A stretch of 64,000 nt of DNA from Paraspadella gotoi (Eukaryota > Animalia > Chaetognatha), in assembly GCA_051294375.1 (NCBI GenBank), contig CM119268.1, positions 14,217,420 through 14,281,419 of the forward strand, in the 5' to 3' direction. Positions 12,581-27,224 of this stretch are shown here, piece by piece (position 1 is the first letter of the stretch; every line of letters begins with the position of its first letter). The notes below the pieces were generated by a model. It was not told the origin of the DNA and did not search any database. It saw nothing but the letters and a program-made list of their open reading frames with translations. The position numbers were made by a program, and so were the translations under genes.

Positions 12581-13589
12581 CTCTCTTTCTGTCTTTCTAT
12601 CATTCTCTCTTTATTCAAATTTTTCTTTCTTTCTCTCTTTCTCTCTTTCTTTCTTTCTNNNNNNNNNNNNNNNNNNNNNNNNNTAGATCTTTTCTTTCTT
12701 TCTTCTCTTTCTTTTTCTTTCTTTCTCTTTCTTTCTTCCTTTCTCTTCTTTCTCCTATCCCTTTTCCCCCTTCCTCTTATCACGGGTCTGTGCATTTGAA
12801 CCAACGAAAACTCGAAATGAACGAACCACTTTATTAACTTCTTTACTCTTTTTCCTTTATGCATCAATTCCTTTAACAGTAGCTGGAGGGACGGAGAAAA
12901 AACAACCTGTTTACATTAGGCAGTGAAAGTCATTTCCGGAGGGTATGGAATAAATGAATAAAAGAGGGCCTTCTCTCTAGTCTCTCTCTCTCTCGTCCCA
13001 TTCACTCTACTCTACTCTCTCCACTCGATCTCTCTCTCCTCATCTCCTCTCTCTCTACCTCGTCTCCTTACTCTCGTCTCTCTGAGATAAAAATGGCGGC
13101 TTCGTCGTTGCAAAACTCACGAAAAGAAAGGCCAGCTCGAGCGAGCGTTGCGAAAACCCAATTAGACTTTTGGGGACCATGGATCAAAACTGCAGATGTA
13201 TCTTTGATGTATTGCAGCATAATAAAACGAACGCACCCGCGGAATGCCATTAAAAAATGCCCCACAATTTCATCCTTTGGAGACGGAGGAAATGTATTCA
13301 CTGCCAGGAAATTGGGTGAGGCTGGGGGAAGTGGGTGGAAGATAAGGGGAAAAGGGGTAACGGCCAGAGAAGAACAGTGGTTAAGAAAGTAGAGGGCCAG
13401 AGGAGAAAAGGATTAAAAGATGAGAAATGCACGCGATTGCCGGATGGAAATTGCGCAAATGGAGGGAATCGGGTGGAAAAGGTGATTAGGGAGCGAAATG
13501 TAGAAAAAAGTAAAATTGGGGGGGAGGGGGGGGGAAGAGCGGGGGAGATTTTTCCTGAGGGGTTCTCTCTCTCTCTCCTCTCTCTACCT

Positions 13590-13625
<36 letters not shown>

Positions 13626-14213
13626 GATCTGGCTCAGTGAAGTAGAAAATGGATGTTGAAGGTTGTTGGGGTTGTTGTTGTTGTAGGCGCGAAATTGTTG
13701 TTGTTGTTGTAGGCTCAAAATTGCTCGCGGGAGAAACAAATCATCTTCGACGCGAAAAAAAATTTCTCATTTTCTCAAATCGAGGCGGAAGATTCTTACG
13801 AGTTTCGACGCCATTACGTTTCTCGCCAGTCGATGCCATCGCCGTCGAATTCATGGCAATTGTCGTTGCATCTTTTGTCAAAACGCCCGAATGACAATCC
13901 CCCAAACATGATATGAACTCAAATCGTTTCAATCGAATGAAGGCGGAGAACCCAAACGAATTAACGGTATAAGCTTATTAATAAATAAAAATTCAAATTC
14001 GATCTTGAGAATATAGATCAAAACCTAATTTGAAAGTAATTCTGAATTGTTTTCTTTGCAAACGTTAACCAAAGTTTAACTCTGTTTCTCTATCCTTATA
14101 AGAATGAATCCCACATTGTACAACTAGTCTATTCGATTCCATTCGAATTGATAATTTCACTCCGCCGTTTCACATCATTTTTTTCGCCCTTTTTGGTCTC
14201 GACCACATCCACT

Positions 14214-14285
14214 TGGTGGCAGCCGTGAGATTCGAGCCCACGCCTCCGTAGAATCTCGTAAAGTATGGCGTCTTTAAACATCACA
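14214..14285 (-). pseudogene. tRNA-Leu-derived retrocopy with encoded CCA
   Basis: Minus strand ...taaagacgcca...cggaggcgtgggctcgaatctcacggctgcca-CCA matches the variable arm, T-arm and acceptor 3' of eukaryotic tRNA-Leu; 5' half degenerate. Confidence 0.65.
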
Positions 14286-15031
14286 AAATTCAAGCTCAAT
14301 TCTCAATTCTCAATTCTCAATTCTAAATTTTTCCGCCTTATTTGGTATCGGTGACATGGCGAACTCTCCAGCTCATTTTTCGTACCATTTCGTTATTACT
14401 TCTATTTTCTATTTATTTTCTATCATTCTCGGTTATTTTTTTATTGCGAAGATAACGATGAAGTTATTTTCTTTTTTTTGTTTTGTTATATAAGCATAAC
14501 AAATTGATACAATTGCCCTTTCTGCTCCATCAATCGCCCTCTTCCATTCGACATCAGACCTTAGACTTTTAAAGTTTTTCTTCTTTTTTCTTCTTTCAAA
14601 AAAAAAAAAAAAAAAAAGCCACAACAACAAAAGGAGACAAGAAAAGCGATTTTTTTTCTTATTCCCGCGAAAAAGAAAGTTAGGGCTCCCCTGGAAACAC
14701 ATCCATTAATTGAAAAAGTCGAAGTCGCATTCACCCAAAGTATCAACAAAAACAAAAGGGGAAAAGGGAGGCGGGAGAAAAAAAGGAGGAAAGGAAGGGA
14801 GAGGGAGGAAAGAGAAAGATGAGGAGAGGATAGACAAATTAAGGATATGGAAACGGAAGAAAAAGTGACAAGGAAAAGAAAAAAGGAAAGAAGAAAGAAA
14901 GAAAACAAAAGAAATAAAGAAAGAAATAAAGAAAGAAAGAAAAAAGAAAAAAAAAGAAAAGAAAAGAGATGAAAAGAAAAGTAAATAAAAGAACGGTAAA
15001 GAAAGATCCCCATGTGACAACATCACTGCCT

Positions 15032-15063
<32 letters not shown>

Positions 15064-17190
15064 AACTAATATAAGAAAACAAAAATGAAGAAGCGACAAT
15101 TTTCATTTCCCAACAAAACATCATAAGTCCCAGCGCCGTCGTTATATCGNNNNNNNNNNNNNNNNNNNNNNNNNNNNNNNNNNNNNNNNNNNNNNNNNNN
15201 NNNNNNNNNNNNNNNNNNNNNNNNNNNNNNNNNNNNNNNNNNNNNNNNNNNNNNNNNNNNNNNNNNNNNNNNNNNNNNNNNNNNNNNNNNNNNNNNNNNN
15301 NNNNNNNNNNNNNNNNNNNNNNNNNNNNNNNNNNNNNNNNNNNNNNNNNNNNNNNNNNNNNNNNNNNNNNNNNNNNNNNNNNNNNNNNNNNNNNNNNNNN
15401 NNNNNNNNNNNNNNNNNNNNNNNNNNNNNNNNNNNNNNNNNNNNNNNNNNNNNNNNNNNNNNNNNNNNNNNNNNNNNNNNNNNNNNNNNNNNNNNNNNNN
15501 NNNNNNNNNNNNNNNNNNNNNNNNNNNNNNNNNNNNNNNNNNNNNNNNNNNNNNNNNNNNNNNNNNNNNNNNNNNNNNNNNNNNNNNNNNNNNNNNNAAA
15601 AAAAATATTTATACGAATTAAATAGACAAAATAGTTCGAACTTTGTGGTACGTTTTTGATTTCTATATACTCATAATCATCATCATCATCACTATTATCA
15701 TCATCATCATCAGCTTATCAGGATCATCATCATCATCAGCATATCAGCTTCAGCATCGTCGTTGTCGTCGTCGTCGTCGTTAATTTTTTCTTCTTTATCA
15801 ATGTAAGTTGTAACGTTGTAACCGAAGAAAGGGAGGACGCAAAAATTCATGGCCACTATGAAATTTCATAAATCTAAAAAAGATAGCTAAAGGACGAATG
15901 AAAGAGAAAAGCCAAGAAAAAATTACGGTGAAAAAAAAAATATAAAAANNNNNNNNNNNNNNNNNNNNNNNNNNNNNNNNNNNNNNNNNNNNNNNNNNNN
16001 NNNNNNNNNNNNNNNNNNNNNNNNNNNNNNNNNNNNNNNNNNNNNNNNNNNNNNNNNNNNNNNNNNNNNNNNNNNNNNNNNNNNNNNNNNNNNNNNNNNN
16101 NNNNNNNNNNNNNNNNNNNNNNNNNNNNNNNNNNNNNNNNNNNNNNNNNNNNNNNNNNNNNNNNNNNNNNNNNNNNNNNNNNNNNNNNNNNNNNNNNNNN
16201 NNNNNNNNNNNNNGAGAGAGAGTAATATAAAGAGAAAACCGCCCTCAGGGAATATCTTTTACAAAGTGAAGGCAGGAGAAAAGAGACAAGGTTATGGAGC
16301 AGAATTTCCATGGCAGAAAACGGCGCCAAACTGGGAATTGATCTCTTCGAAACTTAAATTGCTGATTATTCATCAGTTTTAAAAGTCTTTTAATTAGGTT
16401 GCGTCAAAAAATTGAAAATGAAGTTTGTACGAAATATACAATAAGCGCTATGGAATATTTGCTTGATTGAATAAAAATCCAGAAAAAATTATGAAAATAG
16501 TCGTTTAATAAATACTATTTAACATTAACACCCTTTTTAAGCACAATAAAGAAGCAAAATTCAGTAATGTAACGTGCTTTTATGACCTCAAATTGAAAGA
16601 GGAGAAATTTCTAATTTTAACAAAATACATCATATAAATACGTTGTTCAACTAAAACTTCTGTAAAAGAAATTTCTGTTTTCAGCGAAGGAGGGTGAAGG
16701 AGGCATAAATTATTTTTCTTCCCAAAAAAACAGTCGAAAGCTGCGATGGGGCAAGGTCGCGATTTTTACAGAAATATTTTTCGCTCTTTCTCTTTTTTTG
16801 CCAGTTTCTGACGACGTCGTCTATGGTAAATCATACTTTTGTTTGTTTTATTTTTATTAAATGCTTATTGACTTGAGTGCGAACTTATTGGAATTCATTG
16901 AAGATGAAGGGTCAACTAAATTAATACGACTTATCAGCGTCCGTGTAATGACCCCTTTTTCAGCGACTAATTTTTTGAAACGAATTTTATTAGAGATTAT
17001 GACTTAGTCGAGGATCATAAAGCGAGTCAGCGTTGTCCATCACATCCTTATTTCTTCAGTTTATCACTCTCTCTCTCTCACTCTTCTCTTCAGGTTCTCA
17101 CCCATCTCTCTTCACTCTCTCTCATCTCACCTCTATTCCGCCAGGTTTTATTCCCAATTTTCTCTCCTGGCGATAGAGGGAGCGAGAGCG

Positions 17191-17260
<70 letters not shown>

Positions 17261-20125
17261 AATTCGTGCCTATATTTTTGAAGAAAAAAAAAACGTATTT
17301 TCATGGTAATACAGTCGCGGCCCACATAAACTTCCTCCCTTTTTTTAAGCGTCCCTCGAGAGGAGAGGGCGACGAATAATCGGGATCGTCGATGGAGCGG
17401 GCGGAGNNNNNNNNNNNNNNNNNNNNNNNNNCGAGGAGTTAGCGTACGGCGCGGGGTTGTCAAGGGGGTGGGCCGGAGGTGCGGGTAGCTCCGGTGTTGT
17501 GACTAAAAGGGCGAAAAATTGTCAATTGTAATTGAGCGTAGTTTAGGCGTCGTAATCTTGCAGTAATCTTTTTACGTTGCCATAATGCAGTCATAATGTA
17601 TTTTAGGCATGATAATTAATATATTTTATGGTTATTGTTAACTTTATCCAATTTTATTTTGCGATTTACAAAGTTGCAGAAGTTTTCATAAAATCGTTGT
17701 TTCAAAGTAAACTCTCCAACTTTGTCAAATCAATCTTTTATAACACACGAAAGAAAGAAAACGAACCTGACCTACAACTCAATTTTTTTACTCTAATGTT
17801 ATTTTCTTTTAGCCTATTTGTAAGTATTTCTAGTGCGTCGAACTATACCATCATCTAACATATGCTATAATCTAATGTGAGGTGATATATAAATACTATT
17901 AATCATGTATCAACTGACTAAGATTTTTGACATGGGCAAAAAAACTGTTTTTATCCTTTACTTTCCGTAAAGAACTCCATACACTACCTCTTTTTTCTAC
18001 TAACTCGTTTAAATTCCCGTCCAGAAACCAAAGGGCCCAAACAGAGACGACCAAACAAAATTACCCAACATGAGAGACCGTTACGTCGTATCGGATAAAT
18101 CAGTAAAACCGCGGAAAAACAACGGAGCACGCATCTTGGGCAGGCCAACGGCTACCGGGAAAAACAAAACGTCAAGAGAAAAGACCAAAAAGGGCGAAAA
18201 AAAAAGAAAGCAAGACTCTGATTATGAAAAAGTGATTGAGGTATTATTAAGAAACACAACATATAAAACCGAAACAGCGACGGAGAAAAAATAACAGGTC
18301 TAGCTGTTCACTTCTGAAAGATGTCTTTGAGCTATGGTCAATTATCTCCTCAACGGAGCCCATACTAAAGCGATTATGAAACCGTTCAAAAAGACCAAAA
18401 TATAGATAGAGCCGGAACTAGGCCTGAGAACAAACGAAACGAACGAAACCAATAAACAATAGCGGTGTATAGAGGTATATGGATCTGCGAAACTCGTCAA
18501 CTTAAAATATAAGAGAACGACGAAAAAAAGGCAGAGCAAAAAATTGAAAATGAGAAACACTTAGAGCTAGGACACAAGTGCTGAAACGAGTAATAGAGTA
18601 GCATGTCACAAGCTTTATATTCGAAGTAATCGTGGAATATTGTGTATATACAACCAGACGAAAAGAGCAGAAATCAGGTGGCAATGATACCAAGAAAAAT
18701 AGCTAGAGAGTGCAAAAACAAGAAGACAGTATAAAAACGAAACCTACAATTATATCATATATATATCATATCTAACATTTAATGCATGCTACTTTGAAGA
18801 AATGAATCTTATCTATTATATATATATATATATATATATATCCACTATATATATCTTATATATATCCTGATCATATCAAGCCTTTCATATTATACAATCT
18901 ATCTATCTCTATCCTATCTATATATATGAGAAACCGAGACTCTCTATATACTCTTCTCTCTACTCGGCGTCTCTATCTATATATCTCTCTCCTCATGCTC
19001 TTCTCTTCCTTCTCCTGCTTCTCCTCTTCTAACCAATCTCACCTGCACTGCAGTACGTCTTTCCGCCCTTAGTTCTAAAAATGATCTAAATAAAATCCAC
19101 ATCAGAAAAAACGATAATAACAGTACGAGTAAATCTACATTATTGGCGTATACGTATGTATATATAGCCTTTGAAGCATACTTATATTGTAATACAACAT
19201 AAGAAAATCCCTTACTCTGTACCCTCAGCCATAAAGAGTCAACCGAAGTGATTAAGGAACTACATATGATGTGTACTTATATATCTCTCTTAGTCACTCT
19301 GATGCGAGATCGACGACCCGAGAAAGAGGATCATAAAACATGATGTGCATTGTAAACTCCGTCGGATCTGGCGGTTAGGGATGACGAAAAACTACAGCAT
19401 AGGGATGCTCTCCATCATACTCATCTCTCTCTCGGGGTGGTCGAAGATACAACCAATTTTACTTTAATGTTATTTTCTTTTGGCCTATTTGTAAGTATTT
19501 TAGTGGTGATATACATATGTGTGGCTAGACCCGGGGCGGTGCCAGAGCGCCGCAAAGTNNNNNNNNNNNNNNNNNNNNNNNNNNNNNNNNNNNNNNNNNN
19601 NNNNNNNNNNNNNNNNNNNNNNNNNNNNNNNNNNNNNNNNNNNNNNNNNNNNNNNNNNATTTAATTTTGCCTGTTTTCCTTTCATATGAAATAACAAATA
19701 CTACAATTATAACAAACACTAAAACCACCACAACCACTACCATAACCAGTTAACCACCATAAAAACTATTACGACCATCACCTGCATTATTACCAGAATT
19801 AAAACAATCTAAAATATGAATATTGTTGGTGAATTATATTAAATAAAAAAGAAAATTGTATAATTAACTTATCATCTGATTCGCTGTTTACCGCTCAATG
19901 CCCGCGGGCAGATCCGGCGTTGTTTTATTGTTTTCTTCCTTTTTATAAATCCTTTGCTTTTTCCTTCTCATTTCTTAGACTAAATTTTTTTTTCTATTTT
20001 TTTTTCTTTAGTTTATTTTTTCTACTTTTCTTTATTCCAATAAATATCTGAATACCGTGCCTCCTATAAAATTTCCTTCTAGTTTTTTAGATGTAAATTC
20101 TTGCTCCCTGTCATGACGCTACCGT

Positions 20126-20225
<100 letters not shown>

Positions 20226-21363
20226 CTCTCTCTCTTCCTTCNNNNNNNNNNNNNNNNNNNNNNNNNNNNNNNNNNNNNNNNNNNNNNNNNNNNNNNNNNN
20301 NNNNNNNNNNNNNNNNNNNNNNNNNNNNNNNNNNNNNNNNNNNNNNNNNNNNNNNNNNNNNNNNNNNNNNNNNNNNNNNNNNNNNNNNNNNNNNNNNNNN
20401 NNNNNNNNAGGGGGGTAGGTGGTGGAAGCGGAGGGTGGGAAGGAGCAAAGCAGGGGCTTTACAGGTGGTGGGGAAATCGGAAGCAGGGAAGAGGAAGTTA
20501 AGAAGGTGGTTTTTAGAGTCTTATCGTAAAGATGATCTTTGGAGTGCTTGATGGAGTTATTTTAATAATTTCTTATTTTTTTAGGACACGCCGCCGCAGA
20601 ATTTCTTTAAATTTTAAAGAATCAGTAGGGCTACAATGCTACATAGCAGGAATAGGTTTCAGAAATAAAATTATATATAGTAAAACCGACTTACTGAAAA
20701 TAAACGTTCAGGACCCAAATGCTTAAATTCTTAAATGCTGTTGCTCTAAAAACTGAGAGTTGGTGCTAAATTGTCTTGTCAGTACTACTGACAAGACAGT
20801 AGCTCCTGGGTATTAAGTATTAACAAAGTATTTTGTGTTGTGTGGGAGTGGAAAGGTGCGAATCTATGGGTGCAAAAGTAAGTTTGAGGTGAGGAAAGGG
20901 GGCGTGGCAATGGGGAAGCCATGTTGAGTCGACGCGGGACGAATACAACCCGTAGCCTCAAAAACATCCGGGAGGATTCAGGGCCAGGCGAAGGAGAGAG
21001 AGAGAGAGAGAGAGACACGAGAGAGAAGGAGAAGAAGAGAGAGAGACTGACCTTCATAGACGCCACCGTCGGTACATTTGAATATTGTTGACTGTGTTGA
21101 AAAGATTTTATTCTTTCGGCTTGCCCCGCCTGTTCTGACAGACGATTATGGAAACAAAGACAACGGAGAAAGAAAGATAATGAAAGAAAGAAAAGAGAGA
21201 AAGGACAGAGAAAAGAAAGAGAGAGAGAGACGCAGAGGACTGACTGAAGAAAAAATGGAAGAGTGCCAGTGGGAGAGAGAGAGAGAGAGACCAAGCGTAA
21301 AAACGTCCACAGTCAAAGAAGAAAAAAATGTGAAGTGAAAAAAATGAAAAACAGAAGAGAGAG

Positions 21364-21421
<58 letters not shown>

Positions 21422-22682
21422 AGCGCGCGCATAGAGAGGGAGAAGGAATGGGCAATGAATTGATTACAAGAGTAAATCGTCCCTTTTAGTGTGGTGAAGT
21501 ATTAATCTTTTTTCATGAATGTAGAGCCGAAAGAAAAGAAAGAAGAAGAAAAGAAGAAGAAAAGAGAAGAAAAGAAGAAGAAAAGAGAAGCTTTTTTTTC
21601 TTACTCTCTTTGCTCCTCTTAGACTGGAAATGAAAGTAAATGAATATGATGAGGAATAAATTGGCCAGGAAGCGAAAATCGCCAAAGAATGTTGCCATGA
21701 CAACACGAGGAGACTGGAGTCTCCAACGACGTATCCTCTGTTCTCTCCTCTCATCCTCTCTCTCTCTCATCTCTCTCTCTGAGTCATATACTCAGCTCCC
21801 CGGACGCAGCCGTCCACGGAAGGCAGCGCGCGCGGCTGCCGACCGACTCAACCTTCTCCTTCCGGCTTTTTCCGCTCGGGATCGGGAGATTCTCTCTCTC
21901 GATGGGAATCGGGCTTCTTCGTCGAAGCCGAGCGGATCGGGGCCGGATCTCTCTCCTCTCTCCTTAACTCTCTCTTGCTCTCTCTTGCTCTTGCCGTTCT
22001 TCACTCTCTATTTCTATCTTTAGCAATTATTTAGCAATTTACTTATCAGTATTTTTTTTCAATCTATTATTACTGCCTGAATCTAGATTCAGATTTTCAA
22101 AAACTTTCAAAATATGATTCAGAACCATATTTTAATGGAAAATTTAGATACACAGCCGGGAATCAAGTAAATGCCTCAAAGGTTAGTAATAAAAATCGGA
22201 GCTGACTCGAATATGGCAAATGAGATTAATGCGTTCATGTAAGGTTGAATATAAGGCAAAAGAGAGCATAACATTTTAATAAGAATTAATTTTTTTTTAT
22301 TTAAAAAAACAATTAATAAATATTTTTACTATTTACTCTTTCCATCACCTCCTCGCTAACAAAAATGCAAATTATATATATCTATTTTGCGATCATTTTT
22401 ATCTTTATCATATTTTACTATTGTTTTCACATTATTAATCATTATTGTTAGATTTATATCTTTTTAGTAATATTATTATTTTTAAAGCTCAAAAAATCTT
22501 AAAATTAAAAAAAAGAACAAATAATAGCAAATTTTTTCACTCGTATTTAATTTCTGCTAAATATTCCTCATAATTTTTCCCCGTTTCTTTTATACTTTCC
22601 TATTTATTTTGTCAATTGGTTTCATTTTATTGTTTCAATTTTGTTAATATTTTTTTTCATTCTTTTTTTCTTTTTCTTTTAG

Positions 22683-23830
22683 TCTCGGAAATCTGCTTAA
22701 TCAGCAGATCCGACCTATAACTCACTATAAACTCACTTTTTCGGTCCGTCGGTCCGCCCCCTCAATTATTGTCGGGCACACACTTATATCATGTGCAGGA
22801 ACATCGAATTATGATAAATTATGCCACAAAAAAAAAATGATGTCGCGTCCGTCCTCTGTCCGTCCGTCCGTTCCGTCCGCCCACCACCTTTAGCAAAAAA
22901 CACCAATTACTCGGATTGGATGATGGATTTAAATGAATTTGGTGTGGATAGGTAAGTGTGTATTGCAGCTGGAGTATTTAAGTTTCGATGAATCGGTCCC
23001 GAGTGGAAATGAGTTTAAATGGAAAAAACAAAAAAATATATTCACTATTTGAACACCAATTAACTCATGAGTGGATGGCTGTTGAACCTGGAATTTTGTA
23101 TGTGGGTAGGAAAGTGTGTGATTGAACAGGAAATCAAGTTTCGATGGAATAGTTTGAGTGGGAGAAATGAGTTTAAATGGAAAAAAAACAAAAAAACCTG
23201 TTTACTAATTGGATTATGCTTCTTTTCCTTTTATATTAAATGTACGCAGATTATTAATAAATCAAAATAATTAATCAGTTAATTAATCAATAGTTAAATA
23301 AATTAATCAATAATTAATTAATTTAGTCAATCAATTCGTCCAATCCGTCCCCATCTTAGCAAAAAAGCTCCAATAACTCGTGATTGGCTGGTTAGGATTT
23401 GGAATTAAATTTTGTGTGTGGGTAGAAAGTGTTGTGATAAAGCTGGATAAAATTTTCGATGGAATCGTGTGAGTGGAAATTAGCTTAAATGGAAAAACAT
23501 TAAGTCGAATTTACTAAAATCCTTTTACTTATTTAACAATAAATACTCCCAATAATCATAATTGGTATGGATAGATGAGTGGATTGGTGTGTGTGGGTAG
23601 GAAAACGTTATGGACGAAGTTGATATTAAATTTCAGTGGAAACGTACCAGTGGAAATTGAGTATTAAATGAAAAAATATGAGTCACACTTTACTTGGAAT
23701 CTTATTTATTTTAAACCCATGATAGATTTGAGATGAAATTTTGTGAGCCGGTAGGAAAGTGAGTGAAGAAGGCTTAGATATTAAGTTTTGACGGAATGCA
23801 AGTTGAAAAATTATGCCAAGTTGAAAAAAT
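22683..23830 (+). mobile_element. Helentron/DINE-1-like (HINE) element with internal tandem cores
   Basis: 5' palindrome tcggaaatctgct...agcagatccga + ctata, (GTCC)n tracts, then about five diverged ~130-160 bp cores (ggtaggaaag..aagtttcgatggaat..gagtggaaat..aaatggaaaaa). Confidence 0.6.
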
Positions 23831-24358
23831 GATTGCAATATATATATATTATTCTTAAAAGCATTAAGTGATCCGTGCTATTTCGATAAAAAGAGAGAGA
23901 AGAGAGAGAGAGAGAGAAAGAGAGAGTGATAAGAGAGAGAGAGAGAAGGAGACATAAAATAAAAAAATCTTAAAAGACTCAAGATCGAGCCAGAGCCCAC
24001 TATCCATAGAAAATTTAAATGAAAAAAACCGGAAAAAACATATGAATCATGCGATAACGAATTGTGATGTACTAGTAATTGATTGAGGTAATACTAATTG
24101 ATTGATGTAATAGCTAATTTATTGATGTAATAGGAATTGATTATTTTGATTCGATGATATCAATATTGCATGCGATGATAGTGCATTCACTCTGCTGATG
24201 ATAGTCATTCAGTGATGCGATGATGTCATTCATGATTCGATGATTGTCATTTCATTGCATGCGATGATAGTCAATAAACAAACAAATGCGTGTATGAGTG
24301 AAAGAGAGAAGAGAGAGAGAGAGATGAGAGAGAGAGAGAAAGAGAGAGAGAGAAAGAA

Positions 24359-24389
<31 letters not shown>

Positions 24390-24693
24390 AAGGAAAGATT
24401 AATAAATCCACGAAAATCTCGGATGAAAATATGGGATTTTGTATTGAAAAAAAAGCGCGGAATAAATGGCAATAATAAAAGTTTTTTGGAAGGAAAAAAA
24501 TAATCAGAATTTTTCAAAAAACAAAACAATCACGCAAAAATCGGATAGATAGGGTACAGACACACACAGAGAGACAGAGAGACAGAGAGAGAGAGAGAAA
24601 AAAGGAAGAGAGAGAGGAGAGACAGCCGCTGCCCAGAGAAAAAGAGAAAGAGAAAGAGCGATATATAATAATTTAAAAGAATCAGCAGTACTT

Positions 24694-24765
24694 ATTGGCG
24701 CCGCACGTTAGCGTGAGCTATTCTCTACCCAAAGGACCCGGGTTCGCGCCCTGTTCGCGGCATCG
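24694..24765 (+). mobile_element. tRNA-derived SINE head
   Basis: A-box-like tggcgccgcacgttagc, B-box ggttcgcgcc; shares gttagc..ctct.acccaaaggac with ~29625. Confidence 0.45.
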
Positions 24766-25726
24766 AGTTTTACATTAGTGAACCCACATTATATCTAAAA
24801 ATTTTTTTGTAAAAAAAAAGACGAGAGAGAGAGAGAGAGACGATGAGAGAAGAGAGACGAGAAAGAAGCTGGACAGACGCTGCAGAGCCAGGAACTCGTT
24901 TTTAGAAGCAAGACCAGTTGAGGAGAAAAACGAGAGCAAGAGATGAGAGCGACATATAATTAAAACGTTTTTGTTTGTAAATAAAACGATAAAACAAATT
25001 ACCAATATTGATATGAAACATGAGAATTTTAAAGATCTTTGATGATTAGAAAGCCCATATATGAAATCAACTCCCTATGATATCACACTTTCAGAAGGCC
25101 ATGATTGCGAAAAAAGCGAGACCGAAAAGCTAAACGAAATAAAATCTAACAGGACGGCTTTGCCCGCCTGGCTTCGATAATTAGAGCATATTTGTTTGTT
25201 TTGATTTTAAAATGTAAACAAAAACATTAATAACTGTCGCTGACTCAATTTTAAGGACATCGATGATGACAAGCTGAATATAAAATTTAATAATCTATTA
25301 ATTAATTAATTAATTAATTAATTAATTCTATTAATAAAATTAACTCTATTAAGTAATTAATTAACAATTAATTAATTAATTATCGTAGCAATCCCGACAT
25401 TGTTTGCCCTCAAACTTGTTTCTTTCTTTTTTTCAAAAAAAGAACTCCCGGATCCGCGCTAACCCATAATCGAATCCGCTCGGAGGCAGAGAGGAAGAGC
25501 CTCGCGGTGACGAGGGTAACAGAGATAGAAAGATTAAGTTCGCCGCTGCAGCTCCGATCGGATCGATTTGCAGCGCGCGGATCCGGGAGATAAAGAAGAA
25601 GGAAAGAGAAAGCAGAAGTAAGAAGAGCCGACCGAAGTAAGTCGAAGGCAGGGAGAAGCCGCCTCGGCCGCCCGCGACGGCTGCTCCCGGACGCTGCGCT
25701 GATACGAGGGCTTCTGAGTATAGCAT

Positions 25727-25773
<47 letters not shown>

Positions 25774-26754
25774 AATCCAAACAACAACGCCACGGAGACT
25801 TAGTTCAAAAACAAAAAAAAGTGTTTTCCCCAGGTATTGTGGCGAGAAAGCAATATAGAAAATGTCACAATCTCTCGTTGGCTCCGGTTCGGCTCGAAAA
25901 ACACGAACTCCTTCAGGGTGGAGGGAGGGAGAACCCCCTCCAGACCGTTGATCTGTCTCCCTCTCTTTTTCCTCTCTTTATCCATTGTCGTATCTCCTCT
26001 TCCTCTCCCTTTCTGGCAATCTCGACCCTTTACTCTCTTCTTCCTCTTTCTTCCTTCTCTTCTCTTCAATTTCCAAGAAAAATCCTGAACTCCTCTTTCT
26101 TTTCTCTCTGTTCCTCTCTCTCTCCTCGTCTCTCTCTCTCGTCTCTCTCTTTCTCTCTCTCTCTCCTCTCTCTCTTCTCCCCTCTCCTCTTCCTCTCTCC
26201 CCCTTCCCCCTCTCCCTCTCCCCTTCTCTCTCTCTCCCTCTCCTCTCTCTCTCCCCGAAAAATTTCCTTTCCTGTCAACTTTTCTCGAATGAGGAAAAAT
26301 AAGGATTTATGACATTTTTTTTACACTTCTTGGCGAGAAAAAAATATGGGTGAAAAATAAATAAATCAGAAAATAAATAAAAGTACCAGCTTTTTTTTCC
26401 CATTCGACCATATTCTCAAAATAAGCGCGGCCCCTGAGGAAATGCGGGGCCTTGCGCCTTTTTTTCTCCATCCCCTCGACCCCGTTCGGAGAGGACCATT
26501 GGAGAAAAGGGGAAAGATGAATAATATATAACGCCAGTTGGCGTCGTTGTCGTCGCCGTTATTGCTTCCAATGGGTGAACTGTCTTATCTCCATGTTAGC
26601 AATTAAAGGATAGAAAAGTTGTCTGTTATTTAAAAGGTGGTCGGGTTAAAAAAATGACGAACAAAATTAGAGGAATCGATTTATTGAAATCAGAAAAGCT
26701 TATAGATTCGAATTGGTTAATTTAAAATTGTGGCATTAATTTTAAAATTAATTT

Positions 26755-26802
26755 TCAGTGAGGTAAAGTTTTACGAGCGGCGCGGCGTTTGAACGAGGGA
26801 AC
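26755..26802 (-). CDS. Possible terminal exon of the tyrosinase
   Basis: Short GC-richer stretch after ttttag: ..PSFKRRAARKTLPH* (basic, like a cytoplasmic tail). It lies next to a gap and the frame cannot be confirmed. Confidence 0.25.
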   Translation of the reverse strand, partial: VPSFKRRAARKTLPH

Positions 26803-27224
26803 TAAAATTACAATTACAAACAAACCCAAATGATTAATGTTTTNNNNNNNNNNNNNNNNNNNNNNNNNNNNNNNNNNNNNNNNNNNNNNNNNNNNNNNNN
26901 NNNNNNNNNNNNNNNNNNNNNNNNNNNNNNNNNNNNNNNNNNNNNNNNNNNNNNNNNNNNNNNNNNNNNNNNNNNNNNNNNNNNNNNNNNNNNNNNNNNN
27001 NNNNNNNNNNNNNNNNNNNNNNNNNNNNNNNNNNNNNNNNATGAGAAAAGCATGATAAACATGATTTGACATTTCACTTTCATTACATTCTTGGTTTTGA
27101 TTCCATTTGCGATAAAAGAGTTACAGTGCAAAAAGACCAAACTTTCGAGCAAATAACGGGTCATGCATTTAAGAATAAACGTTGAATATGACAACAGTTA
27201 AATATTGCTTGTACGCTGTCTAAT

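Noticed and set aside
13093-13392. ORF starting AAAATGGCGGC (MAASSLQ...)
   Set aside because: Good start context, but no homology motif or downstream exons could be found; it may be only a YY1-type promoter motif.
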